From Candidatus Aenigmatarchaeota archaeon (GTDB lineage: Archaea > Aenigmatarchaeota > Aenigmatarchaeia > QMZP01): 49,982 nucleotides of DNA. The position numbers were made by a program, and so were the translations under genes. Of the stretch, positions 1-11,100 are shown piece by piece (the first letter of the stretch is position 1; the number at the start of each line of letters is the position of its first letter). The stretch is taken from assembly GCA_017609225.1 (NCBI GenBank), contig JAFCEK010000001.1:1-49982 (forward strand), in the 5' to 3' direction. The notes under the pieces were generated by a model. The model was not told where the DNA came from. It was given only the letters and a program-made list of their open reading frames with translations, and did not search any database.

Positions 1-90
1 CTTAAGGCCAAAATTCCTGCATTCCTCAATAATTTTATCCCTGTCAGAATCATAGTCCTTTTGTTCCAGGTGGCAATGGACATCTATCAT
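1..90 (-). CDS. tatD: TatD-family metal-dependent hydrolase, N-terminal fragment running off the left edge
   Basis: The reverse complement of 1-90 reads MIDVHCHLEQKDYDSDRDKIIEECRNFGLK. M-I-D-x-H-C-H-L is the typical first metal-binding motif of TatD hydrolases. It is absent from the ORF track because it is truncated. Confidence 0.6.
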   Translation of the reverse strand, partial: MIDVHCHLEQKDYDSDRDKIIEECRNFGLK

Positions 91-97
91 ATATCTT

Positions 98-425
98 CGC
101 CTTGCAATCTGTTACGGAAACCGCTTATGCTTTATGCAGTTGGCTATCTGCAGTAGCGGTCATGTCTTACTTACGCCTTGCAGTGTGTGACGGGGACAGC
201 TATATGCTCAGTGCATACTGTCCTTGTTGTTAGCTGTCGTTTTATGCTTCGCCTTATAACCTATGACGGAAACTGCTTTGTTAGCAGTTAAATCTGTTCT
301 TGATGTTAGCAGTCATGCCTTGCTTACGCCTTGCAAACTGTAACGGGAACCACTTAATGCTTTATGTAATCTATCCTTGATGTTAGTGGTCAAACCCTTA
401 TCGCCTTGTAATCTGTGACGGAGCA
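98..425. repeat. Tandem array of about 4.3 units with a 75-77 bp period; each unit has a conserved box plus a covarying hairpin
   Basis: Units start at 98, 174, 250, 327 and 402, each with CGCCTT(G/A)(C/T)A..CT(G/A)T.ACGG. Each complete unit holds an inverted repeat ACNNCT...AGNNGT. Confidence 0.85.
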
Positions 426-434
426 TATTTAATA

Positions 435-1103
435 TTATTTATCCCCTTTAAGTGTTCTGTAATAATCACAATATCTCTTTATAGGGCATTCAGAGCATCC
501 GGGCCCAACAGGCCTGCATATCTTTTTGCCGAATGTTACAAACAATTCATTAACCATAAGCCAGTGTTTTTTAGGGATTTTCTTCATCAGCTCCTGCTCT
601 GTTTTCTCAGGGGTTTTTGTGTTTACGATGCCTATCCTGTTTGAAACCCTGTGAACATGCGTATCCACTGGTATGGCAGGCCTGCCATATGAATAAACCA
701 GCACACAGCCAGCTGTCTTCCTTCCTACCCCAGGCAGTGAGCACAGCTCTTCCATGCTTTCAGGCACATTGCCATTGTATTTTTTATCTATAATCCTGCT
801 TATCTTCCTGATTCTTTTTGCCTTTACCCTGTAAAATCCAGAAGGCCTGATAAGCTTCTCTATCTCCCTGATGCCTGCGTTTGCAAGAGACCTTGCTGTT
901 CTGTATTTTGCAAACAGCCTCCCGGCAGCAACTGATGTGTTTTCATCCCTTGTGCGCTGGGACAGCACAGTGCCTATCAGAGAGCGGAAGGGGTCTGACT
1001 TTATACTCTCCCATTGCATCTTCCTTTCCTTTTTCCATTCATGCTTGTCAAACCCGAAATCCACTGCAATCAGCTCAAGGATTCTGGCAATAGCCTTTGA
1101 CAT
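435..1103 (-). CDS. nth: Endonuclease III (HhH-GPD DNA glycosylase/AP lyase)
   Basis: HhH-GPD motif LPGVGRKTAGCV. C-terminal 4Fe-4S loop C-x6-C-x2-C-x5-C (CRPVGPGCSECPIKRYC). Confidence 0.9.
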   Translation of the reverse strand: MSKAIARILELIAVDFGFDKHEWKKERKMQWESIKSDPFRSLIGTVLSQRTRDENTSVAAGRLFAKYRTARSLANAGIREIEKLIRPSGFYRVKAKRIRKISRIIDKKYNGNVPESMEELCSLPGVGRKTAGCVLVYSYGRPAIPVDTHVHRVSNRIGIVNTKTPEKTEQELMKKIPKKHWLMVNELFVTFGKKICRPVGPGCSECPIKRYCDYYRTLKGDK

Positions 1104-1145
1104 GCATAATTTTTTATTGCCTGAAATAAATTCATAACAGTTATT

Positions 1146-1627
1146 ATGAGAATTGTAATCTGCGGAAGCGTGAACTTCCCTGAAAAAATGAAAGAAATAG
1201 AGAAAAGGCTAAAGAAAAGGGGGCATGATATTGTGCTTCCTTATTCTTTAATAAAACACAGCCTGAACAGCACAGAGGATGCCAGGAAACTAAAGGAGAG
1301 CAGCGATTACATAAAGGACATAAAGCCAGAGCTGACAAAAAGGCATTTTGATGAGATAAAAAACAGCGATGCAATAGTTGTGGTTAATGCTGAAAAGAAC
1401 GGCATATCCAATTACATTGGGGGTGCAACTTTTTCTGAAATCATGCTTGCCTTTTATGTTGAACCAGAAAACCATTGTTTTCAAACAGTGGATGTATGGT
1501 TCTGGTTCAACAGCTGTTGCCTCGCCAAGAAAACCGCCGACTTTAGTAGGCGGATATACGGAGGCGGGAGGAGATTGAATCTGTAAGCCCTGTAATACTA
1601 AACGGCAATCTGGATTTGGTGAAATAA
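1146..1627 (+). pseudogene. Nucleoside 2-deoxyribosyltransferase-like protein, disrupted by repeat copy 1
   Basis: The N-terminal part (MRIVICGSVNF...NGISNYIGGATFSEIMLAFY) resembles the small deoxyribosyltransferase-like fold. At 1458 the frame runs into the repeat (VEPENHCFQTVDVW...). A plausible native C-terminus EEIESVSPVILNGNLDLVK* lies at 1568-1627 in a different frame. Confidence 0.55.
1458..1565 (+). repeat. MITE-like two-hairpin repeat, copy 1 (3' end truncated; lacks the terminal AACATTAT)
   Basis: Near-identical to 23020-23130, 27381-27490 and the reverse complement of 37185-37294. Confidence 0.85.
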
Positions 1628-1637
1628 AGGAGATAAA

Positions 1638-2147
1638 ATGCCGCAAAAAAGAGAAGAGTTTTTTGATGTTGTTGATGAGAACAACAAAGTAATTGGCAGG
1701 GAAAAAAGAAGCATTGTTCACAAAAAAGGACTCTGGCACAGGGCTGTTTATGTTTTCCTTTTCAGCAGAAGAAATGAAATATTCATCCAGAAAAGGGCAG
1801 CATCCAAGGATGTGTGCCCCGGGCTCTGGGACCTCTCGGTGGCAGAGCATCTTAAATGCGGGGAAAGCTATGAAAAGGCAGCAGAAAGAGGCATGAAAGA
1901 GGAGCTTAATATCAGGGCAGCAGACCTGAAAAAAATCGGCGAATTAAGGTTCATGCTTAAAGACAAAGAAATAACAGAAAGGGAATTCAACAGCGTTTAC
2001 ATGGCAGGGTTTGCAGGAAAAATCAAACTGGACAAAAACGAGGTGCAAAAAGGAAGATGGATCAAAAAACAAAACCTTCTTGATGAGATGAAAAAACATC
2101 CCGAAAGATTTACGCCATGGATAAAGCAGGCAGTAAAGTTTTTGTAA
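1638..2147 (+). CDS. NUDIX hydrolase (IDI-like subfamily)
   Basis: Nudix box GESYEKAAERGMKEELNI (G-x5-E-x7-R-E-x2-E-E). AAGGAG SD lies 5 nt upstream of the ATG. Confidence 0.8.
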   Translation: MPQKREEFFDVVDENNKVIGREKRSIVHKKGLWHRAVYVFLFSRRNEIFIQKRAASKDVCPGLWDLSVAEHLKCGESYEKAAERGMKEELNIRAADLKKIGELRFMLKDKEITEREFNSVYMAGFAGKIKLDKNEVQKGRWIKKQNLLDEMKKHPERFTPWIKQAVKFL

Positions 2148-2162
2148 TATCAGAGAGGCACA

Positions 2163-2918
2163 TTACTCCTCAGTAACTCTGGGAGCCAGAATGAATGACA
2201 GGGACATCTTGTCAACCTTTTTGAAGCTGAGCCTTGCAGGATAGTCATTTCCAAATTCAAGAACAAGATGCTTTGAAAGCTTTCCTGCCTTTATCATTTT
2301 CTTCAGGTACTCCAGAGGATACTGTGCTTTTATATTTGAAGATGCCTCAAGCTTTAGCAGACCTTTGTCTTTTTTAACAACCTCAAGATGCGTGGAACTC
2401 ATATCACCCTTGGCATGCATCCTGAAGCCTTCAGGACCTGCCTCAAAAACAACAGAATCACCAATTACCTCAGCATCTGATATGCCTTCCTCTACTATGC
2501 TGGGGTCTATCTCTATCCTGCTGCTGAAATTCAGCTGGTCTATTGGAGGTTTCTCTGTTGTTATATCAAGAAGAGGAACCTCAAATGTCCTTATGCCATT
2601 ACCCTTTACGGTTATCCTTAGCTTGTTTTCATTTCCCTGCCTCTCCATAACAAGCTTGTCCGAGGGCTTTACCCTTTTAAGCACAGCAGCAAGATTGGCA
2701 AGGTTCAGGCCAAGATTGTCCTCACCCTCAACCTTGAATTCCTCAAATGCTGTTGGCAGTATCCTCAAATCTGTTATTGAAACCATGGTCCTGTCCGGCG
2801 ATGCCAGACTCAGCCCGTCCTTGTTTACCTTGAATACCCCCTCATCCAGAATCTCTGCTATTATAGGAATGGTATTTGTAAGCAAATCCACATCAGCTAA
2901 AGACAATTTGAATGACAT
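2163..2918 (-). CDS. pcn: DNA polymerase sliding clamp PCNA
   Basis: MSFKLSLADVDLLTNTIPIIAEILDEGVFKVNKDGLSLASPD... matches the archaeal PCNA N-terminal pattern and length. The ORF opens with a GTG at 2927, but the ATG at 2918 is preferred. Confidence 0.85.
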   Translation of the reverse strand: MSFKLSLADVDLLTNTIPIIAEILDEGVFKVNKDGLSLASPDRTMVSITDLRILPTAFEEFKVEGEDNLGLNLANLAAVLKRVKPSDKLVMERQGNENKLRITVKGNGIRTFEVPLLDITTEKPPIDQLNFSSRIEIDPSIVEEGISDAEVIGDSVVFEAGPEGFRMHAKGDMSSTHLEVVKKDKGLLKLEASSNIKAQYPLEYLKKMIKAGKLSKHLVLEFGNDYPARLSFKKVDKMSLSFILAPRVTEE

Positions 2919-2963
2919 ATACCTCACATTTAAAACTATACTGATAAATTAACTTTTTGATTT

Positions 2964-3293
2964 TTATGCTTTTCCCTCCAATTCCATGATTTTTCTGTAT
3001 AAATCCATGTTCAGCCTGCTCATATCCTGGGCTATCTCCCCCTGAAGTTCAAATCCGTCCTCTACTGGTATAACCCTGCCGAATACCCTTACAAACTGGT
3101 TTATCTCTATTTCCTGCGGCTCGTCAAATGTTATGTTTATTTTGCCTGAGCCATCATCAAGCACGACCCTGTTGTCTTTCTTGTCAATAACAGTCCCCAA
3201 AACAGAAACCCTGACATCCTCTGCCTTTATATCTGATATTTTCTTCTCCGCAGCAGGCATCCTCTTTCTGATATCCGTAACATCTTCATCCAT
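2964..3293 (-). CDS. OB-fold nucleic-acid-binding protein (RPA-like small subunit)
   Basis: VRVSVLGTVIDKKDNRVVLDDGSGKINITF...FVRVFGRV is an OB-fold beta-barrel pattern. The gene is upstream of and co-oriented with PCNA. The ORF could start as far up as 3368. Confidence 0.45.
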   Translation of the reverse strand: MDEDVTDIRKRMPAAEKKISDIKAEDVRVSVLGTVIDKKDNRVVLDDGSGKINITFDEPQEIEINQFVRVFGRVIPVEDGFELQGEIAQDMSRLNMDLYRKIMELEGKA

Positions 3294-3435
3294 GCAAACA
3301 CCAGCCAAATCACAGACTGCTTTATTAAGCAACAGCCGGTGCTTAATATAAGCAGTCAAATTATACATTGAATATGATTAAGTTTAAAACTCTTTATTAT
3401 ATAATGAATAAGAAATAAATATTCATGTGAGCCGC

Positions 3436-4728
3436 ATGGAAAGGATGTACTCAAAGGATGCCAGCGCAGGCAAAAGGGTCCTTGTAAAGGGCTGGGTGGA
3501 GAAAGTAAGAGACCTTGGCGGGCTGAAATTTTTCTCACTGAGGGACAGGGAGGGCTCCATCCAAATCACTGCAAAAAAAGGCATGGTAAAGGATGAGATT
3601 CTGGATGTTTTTTCCAGGCTAAACAGGGAGGATGCTGTTTCTGTTGCTGGCAAAGTTAAGCACTCAAAACAGGCGCCCGGAGGAAAGGAGATAATACCTG
3701 AAAAAATAGAGATTGTGAGCAAGGCAAAAACCCCCCTGCCAATAGATATTGCAGGAAAGATAGAGTCAGGATTTGACAAAAGGTTTGATTACAGGTTTCT
3801 TGATTTGAGAAACCCGAAGGTACGGGCAATATTCAGGGTTATGGACAGGGCATTAACCAGCATGAGAAAAAGCTTTGAAGCCAATGGCTTTGTTGAGATT
3901 AACACACCGGTTATACAGGCAGCTGGAGCAGAGGGTGGCTCAACACTGTTTCCGATAATCTATTACCAGAAGGAGGCATTTTTGAGGCAGAGCCCGCAGC
4001 TTTACAAACAGATAATGATGGCCTCGGGCCTGGACAGGGTTTATGAGATTGGCCCTGCGTTCAGGGCAGAGGAATTCCATACAACAAGGCATGTTTCCGA
4101 ATTCCTGTCAGTGGATTTTGAGATGGCATGGATTGATTCAGAAGAGGATGTAATGAGGATGCTGGAAACAATAGTTGCTGACACTTTGAGGGGGATAAAA
4201 AAGGAATGCAAGGAGGAGCTTGATTTGTTTGGAGCCAGGCTGAAGATACCGGAAATCCCGCTGAAAAGGATAGAGTATGAGAAGGCAATAGATATTGTGA
4301 ACAGGGCAGGTATGAAGCTGAAGTTCGGGGATGATTTCATGGATGTTGAGGAGAAAAAGCTCGGGGAAATCATGGCAAAGAAAGGGCATGAATGGTATTT
4401 TGTTACAAAATTCCCTTCACAGATAAAGCCCTTTTACATAATGATGGACGGGAAGTATTCAAGAGGCCTTGACCTTGCGTTCAGGGGCCTTGAAATGGCT
4501 TCAGGCGGGCAGAGGGAACACAGATATGGTGTTCTTCTAAAGGCAATGAAGGCAAAGGGACTTGACCCCAGCAATTTCAGGTTCTATCTGGATGCATTCA
4601 AATACGGAATGCCACCGCATGGCGGAATAGGTTTTGGTGCTGAAAGGATGGTGCAGAAGATTCTGGGACTGGAAAACATAAAAGAGGCAATACTCTTCCC
4701 AAGAACGCCAGAGAAGCTTGTGCCTTGA
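3436..4728 (+). CDS. aspS: Aspartyl-tRNA synthetase, archaeal type
   Basis: N-terminal OB domain (VLVKGWVEKVRDLGGLKFFSLRDREG). Class II motifs GPAFRAEEFHTTRHVSEF and GGIGFGAERMV. The ATG at 3436 is preferred over the GTG at 3427. Confidence 0.93.
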   Translation: MERMYSKDASAGKRVLVKGWVEKVRDLGGLKFFSLRDREGSIQITAKKGMVKDEILDVFSRLNREDAVSVAGKVKHSKQAPGGKEIIPEKIEIVSKAKTPLPIDIAGKIESGFDKRFDYRFLDLRNPKVRAIFRVMDRALTSMRKSFEANGFVEINTPVIQAAGAEGGSTLFPIIYYQKEAFLRQSPQLYKQIMMASGLDRVYEIGPAFRAEEFHTTRHVSEFLSVDFEMAWIDSEEDVMRMLETIVADTLRGIKKECKEELDLFGARLKIPEIPLKRIEYEKAIDIVNRAGMKLKFGDDFMDVEEKKLGEIMAKKGHEWYFVTKFPSQIKPFYIMMDGKYSRGLDLAFRGLEMASGGQREHRYGVLLKAMKAKGLDPSNFRFYLDAFKYGMPPHGGIGFGAERMVQKILGLENIKEAILFPRTPEKLVP

Positions 4729-4782
4729 ACAATCCATTACCTGCAGTTTTTATTCTTCCTGACCTAATTTTAAAATGGTATT

Positions 4783-5175
4783 ATGAAAGCCCAGATGTTT
4801 GTTATAACAATGGTTTTTCTTGCAGGCCTTTTGCTTTCAGTGCAGCAGGGATTATTACAATACTCTGCAGTTGATATGCGCTCAGCGCTTTCCAGCAATG
4901 ATTTTTTTCTGCTGGAAAACATAAGAAATGTAATGGACATTACAGTGAAGAATGCTGAAAGCTGCACAGCCCTGAAGGAAGAAATTGATGAGCTTGAAAA
5001 ATTCATGGAGAATTCATTAATAGTTTCTGAATACTTTGTAAACATTGAACATGAGATAAACTGCAACAACTGGTATAACACTCCAGATACAGGACCTTCA
5101 CCACTTAAACTCATAATTAAAATCAGTGGAGAAAAAACCCAGACACAGGCAGCATTTTATCTATATCATGAATAG
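4783..5175 (+). CDS. Small secreted protein with a class III (pilin-like) signal peptide
   Basis: MKA/QMFVITMVFLAGLLL: a short charged N-terminus, a K-A-Q site, then a hydrophobic helix. Confidence 0.55.
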   Translation: MKAQMFVITMVFLAGLLLSVQQGLLQYSAVDMRSALSSNDFFLLENIRNVMDITVKNAESCTALKEEIDELEKFMENSLIVSEYFVNIEHEINCNNWYNTPDTGPSPLKLIIKISGEKTQTQAAFYLYHE

Positions 5176-5193
5176 TTAAAAGCAAAAACAAAA

Positions 5194-8100
5194 TCATACC
5201 CTTCTTTTTTTGTAAACCAGTGCAGCAGCTATTATCACAATTATTACAGCAACCACTGCCAGCGCTATGCCTGTTATATTAACAGGGGCTTCACAAACAA
5301 GCCCTGATTCATTGCAGCCATATGTGCATGTTTCAACTGTTTCCCAGCCAGTGCCATCACCAGAGCACTGCTGAAGTTCATTTCCAAGGCATCTCTTTAA
5401 TCCAGGACTGCAAACTGTTTGTGTTGGGGCAATTCCCTCCTCTGTGTTGCACACAAGCGCTGTTTCATTGCATCCATACTGGCATGTTTCTATGGTTTCC
5501 CATGCACTTCCATCTGACATGCACCGCTGAAGGTCATCGCCAGAGCACTGTATAGCATCTGGTGTGCAAACAGTCCCTGCGGCTGCTGCTTCTTCACCTG
5601 TTATTGCAAATACAGAGAATCCAGGCGTTGTTGCCTGATAATATACATAATCTTCAACACCTGTAGCCCTGCCTGTTATGGCACCCAGAATTCCTTCAAC
5701 AAACTCAATAACACCCTTAACTATGCATCCAAGCCCAAGGATTCCGCAGTCACCTGCTGTAACAGCCCCTGTCAGTGAAAGGCTTCCGCTGACCTTTGCT
5801 GTCTGAAGGGTTTGCCATGTGTTGTCCTTGTATCTCATCATTTTCACGCTGTTTTCATCTATACTGTTATCAGTCAGCCATGATTTCAAAACCTTGAATT
5901 TTATCTTCGCTGTTGTTATGTTTTCCTCTTTTATATTCAATGCTGTTATAGTCAGATAGGCAAAAACATTTCCGGGTGCATCTGTTACATTTGCTGGTTT
6001 TGCTGCTTCTTTTTTAACTGTCACAACCACATTCTCAGCATTGGTTTTTGGTGTTATTGTTATTTCCTGAACATACAGATCATCCTCTTTTGTAAATGCT
6101 GCAACACCTGATGTGCCTGCAGGTATTGTGCCTATGTTTACTGTTTCGGAAACGCTGGATGCACCGGCTGCACCACCACCAGGCGTGCCCCCAGTGTCCC
6201 TTCCACCCGTAGATGTTCCAGGCTCTCCGGATGCCCAGATGGAGAATTCACAATATGGAATCTGCCATGTGCATGTTGTGGAAGTTGTGCCTGTAAGGTT
6301 TGCCTCATCTGTTCTTTCAATGCAATTTTCCCCTGAATTATCGCACTGGTATAAATGGTCGCATGCTGTATCCCCTCTCGGAATTGTCAGTTTGCATATC
6401 TGCGGATGGAGATTGTTTATTATCTTGTCTCTTGTTTCTGATATCATGCCAACATATCCGATTGTATTTCCTGAGGAATCTGTTTCACTGTCACTGAACA
6501 GCAAATCACCGGCTTCCTGTATATCCCTGGTATCGCTGCTCAGGCCGGTTTTTGTCAGGGTAACATTAAGGAAAATGATCTCACCACCCTCTGTATAGTT
6601 CAGCTTTATATTGGCTCTCCTGCCGGATGTATAATTGGTTTTCATTCCTGCATTCGGGCCGCATACCTGTCCCTGCACATGTTCCCATGTTCCATCCTGG
6701 TCAAGGTCATAACTCACGGTCCAGCCATCAGGCACCTGAATCAGGGTTACAAAATTACAGTAGGGGCATCTTGTAGCACTTGCTGTTCTTATTGGGGTGC
6801 ATGCGCTTATGCTGCATCTGGATTCAGAGTCACATATTTTTATTTTGTAATAATAGGTAGTGTTTGGCTGCAGGTCATAGTCAAGCGAGTTTACGCCACC
6901 ATCATTATAGATCTCTGCTGTGTGCCAAAGCTTGTGCTCTCTTACATCATCACTCAAAATACCAATATCATATATTGTCCTGTTGTATGGCGTTGAGCTG
7001 CATGTTGAGTCATTATACCAGAAGAACACTGTACCATTTGTGGGCTTGCTTGTTTCATACATTATCAGTGCAGAATCAGTATATTCTTCAAATTTAACAC
7101 CCACTATTACAGGCATGGATGTATCAACATAGTCAGGCGAATTTACCCCAACACCTTCGCAGTTTGGAGCAAATTCACAATCCCAGTCATTGCAGTCAAC
7201 CATATCATCATCGTCATCATCCACGCCGTTAAGACAGTCCTCATACTTTACAAAGCCATGCATAAGTATGTCTTCAAACATTGCCGTGTCTACATCCTGC
7301 TCAAAAAACCCGTCTATTGAAAAGTCAATTGCCCCGGGTGTAACCCAGCCAGGGCCAACCATATCGGAAGGTGAACTTGCATTTTTGTTTTCACTCGCTG
7401 AAGCTGCGGACACCCTCATATCTTTTTCGGAATCATAAAGCAACGGGAATTTTTCAAGGTCAGATTTCTTTACAGCCAGCATTGGTCCATGTATTACAGA
7501 GCACATCTTCTCTTTCCATGCGCTTAAAGTTATATCAGCAGCCTCCCATCCCCCGCTTGCACCGCACTTGTAGGCATTGAATACCTCGGTGGCTTTGTTA
7601 AGACTGGAATTCCATGCAGATATGTACTTGAACATAAACTCATAACCCCCTGCTGATGAATTATGCCCAAGGGAACAACCTCCTGTGGTGCTCCCGTCTG
7701 TATCAAGGTATATGTAAAGCTTCACAGTCTGATTGCCGCTTCCGAACATACCAGGACCTGTTTTTTCATCCTTGCATATTCCTGCCTGGCTGAAGTCCCT
7801 GACATCTACACCAAACCCGAAAGCATCACCTATATCCTTCATTCCCAGTCCGCATATATCCACAGCACCATCAAGCCCGGAATCAGGCCCTACCAAATCA
7901 CAGCCATCAGGATCAAATGCAACAGGAACAGGCGGCCCCTCTTCCATGCCATAAAACATATCATGCATTCCGGGAGAGGTACAGAAGCCGGTCATCCATC
8001 TGCATCCAGTGCCGCATTCAGCCTCTGTTGCAGCTGAGAAACATGTTGGCTCGCACCAGCCGCCATCAGGAGCCCCTGCCTGGGTTGTCCAGTTGCAGTA

Positions 8101-11100
8101 GGGGCTTTCATCACATGCTGTCTGGTTTGAGCTTAAAGTGATGTTGGTATGACACTGTTCAAATACGTTTGTGCAGTATCCAAATTCGCTGCTCCACATG
8201 CACTGTGTCTGCTCATCACACATTGTCTGGTTCCAGTCATACTTCCAGCATTCCATGCTCCAGTCAGGCTCACAGAACGGATATGGTTCAGGCATCCACT
8301 GGCATGCCATGCCGATCAGCGTTTCATTTGTGCATGCTGACTCATTCCCGTCATACTTCCAGCATTCCATACCTGCCTGTGCACCTGTGCCCATTCCACC
8401 AATAACATCCCCGCCTGCAAACCCTTTTGGATTGCACCAGCCGGGTTCCTTCCATCTGCAGCCTTCGGTGGCATCACATGCATTCTGGTCGTTTGATAAT
8501 GATTCATTCCAGCAGTCAACTCCTCCAGCACTCCAGTCCTCCATGCACCAGCCGTCAGTCCATCTGCATCCTGCAACGCTGTTACAGCCGTTTTCACCAA
8601 GGCTCTGGTTATAGCATATAGGCTCGCAAAAACCAGAAGGGTCCCAGTAGCAGATATCAGAATGCTGACTGCATGCTGCCTGGTTATCATAATCCCAGCA
8701 AACCATTAACTGGTTATCGCACCAGCTGCCCCATGAATCAGTTCTCCATGTGCAGCCAGCTGCAGTGTTACATGAGACATTGTCATTATACTGCCAGCAG
8801 TTTGATGACCAGTCCACATCACACACCGCGCCCCAGTCATTTGTTTCCCATCTGCAGCCCTCAGTGAGATTACACGCAGTCCTGTTACTGTCATACAGCC
8901 AGCAGTTTTTTGGGGCAAACGCTGCAGGCTCGCACCAGCCGCCTTGGGTCTGGCACCATTCTGTGGTGGCTCCCTCACCTTCACAATATGTGTCATTTGT
9001 CCATATACAATCCGATGGGCTGGCTTCGCATGCTGTCTGTGTTGTCATGGAATAGCATTCTTCCCCGATGCTCCAGTCCTGCTCACACCACCCGCTTCCT
9101 GTTCCATTGGACCATTCACAGGTTGCATTCCTCGCAAGGCATGCTGACTCATTCCCGTCATATTTCCAGCAGTCAGCACCAGGGAAATCACACCAGCTTC
9201 CCCAAGGGTCTGTCATCCATGTGCAGTTGTTGGCAATGCAGTTTGCCTCGCCAAGGTCTTCCAGCTCTGGATTATACCAGCCAAAACAGTCACCTGAAAC
9301 AAATCCGCAAAACGAATCAGCAAAGCATTCAGGATCAGTGCAATCAATAAGGTTATCATTATCATTATCAATAGAATCCCAGCATATTTCGGCTGTTTCT
9401 CCTGCCTTTGAGCAGTAGCCATCATTTTCCCCGCCTGACCATTCACAGGAACCTGTTGCATTGATTGCGCTCCTGCCTTTGTTTACACAGTCATACTGCG
9501 TATAACATCTGTCACAGGAATCTTCACATGTTTTTTCACTGCTGTCAACACAATACCCGCCCATTTCACTATTGTTTTCCTGAATCCATTTGCATTTAAC
9601 ATTATTGAATTCGTACGCATGCTCACAGTAGCACTTGGGGGTATTGCACATGTCAAAGGTTGTTGCAGAGCCTGGTGCAGCACTGGAATAGCTTGAAGCA
9701 TTTGGGTTTCCATAATAGGTGCAGCTTCCGCAGTCTGTTGTGCAGTCTGAAGCTATTCCAGTTTTAAACTGTTTTTTCGCCCTGCATGTGCCAAACCCGT
9801 TGGGAGCATCAGCATCAGCAGTAAATACGCATTTTGGGTTTTGCAGGCAATACTCCCTGGCGCTGGCTGTTGAATTATGCGCAGTCCCGTCAAATTTGTA
9901 TTCACATGCATAGCATGCCTTCATACAGTTTCTTTCATCGCTTCCCTTTGGCTCACATCTTCCGGATGGCACAGAAAGGTTTCCCTCGCAGTAATTCTCC
10001 AGAACCCATTTGCATCCGGCAGCCAGGCAGTTCCTTTCATTATCCAGAATGGTGCAGCTTTGGGTTTCATTTACACCAAAAATATCCTCCCTGTTGGGTA
10101 TGCATGTTTTTGTGGAGTTATCCCATATGCAGGGCATATACCATGGGTCTCCGGCTATCTGGTCGCATAAGGTCCTTGCAGACTCGGAATCAGTTGTTTT
10201 CATAATAACATCCTCGCATGAGGTTACGCCCTCCGGGACAGGTTCCATTTCGTCATAACATGCATGACTTATCCTGTTTTCAGTACAGCTTCCAGCCTTC
10301 CATTCACAGCATGTAGCAAGCATGGATATGGTGTTGCAAAGCCTTGATTCATTAATCATAGTGCAGTTTATTCCGTGATCCTGTATCTGGTTTGCATTGG
10401 CATGGCTTGTATTAATTATGCATTCATTGCTGCTGTATTCACAGCCAAGAACATTATTGCAGTTTGTTGAATTTTTATCAAAAAGGTAACATCCGGGGTT
10501 CCATTCCTCAAAAATACTTTCCCCATAACCAAAATCAGAAGGGTCTATGCAGCTTCCCCCCAGAGCAGGATTGGTCCAGTCAGTATACTGCCAGAAGCAG
10601 TAGTATGTTTCCATACACTCCCTTTCTGTTGTTATATTGGAACATGACATATTGAAATTCGGATAACACCAGCCATCGTTGGGTCCTGCGCCCCAGCTCT
10701 CCCAGGCACAATTCAACCCATAGGCATTATTCACACAATCATTCTGGGTGCCTCCTCTCCAGCCATCCCATGTCCAGCACTGTACCTCTTCACACCAGCC
10801 CCAGCCTTCTGAAAGCCGCCATGTACAGCCTGCAGCTTCACACTCGCCGGCAGTACTATAATCCCAGCAGCCCTCCTCCATGCAGTATGATGAGCCGTCC
10901 CATGTGCAATTTAATCCATAGGGATTGTTTTCACATGCACTCTGGTTTGTAAAGTCAAAATGCCAGCATGAGTACTCTTCGCATGAATCATGAACATAAT
11001 AATTATCTACCCATGTGCAGTTCATACCTTCAGGATTGTTTTCACACACACTCTGATTTGTTCCTGAATAATCCCAGCAGCCCTTTTCATAGCAGTAAGA

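Noticed and set aside
98-425. The tandem array as a CRISPR array or as a replication origin (the ACGGAAAC box is vaguely like the GGAAAC core of ORB elements, and PCNA and an OB-fold gene are nearby)
   Set aside because: It is not CRISPR, because there is no alternation of invariant repeat and unique spacer and no cas genes. The origin idea is weak: all units are direct rather than inverted around an AT-rich unwinding element, no orc1/cdc6 is in view, and the match to ORB is only about 6 nt.
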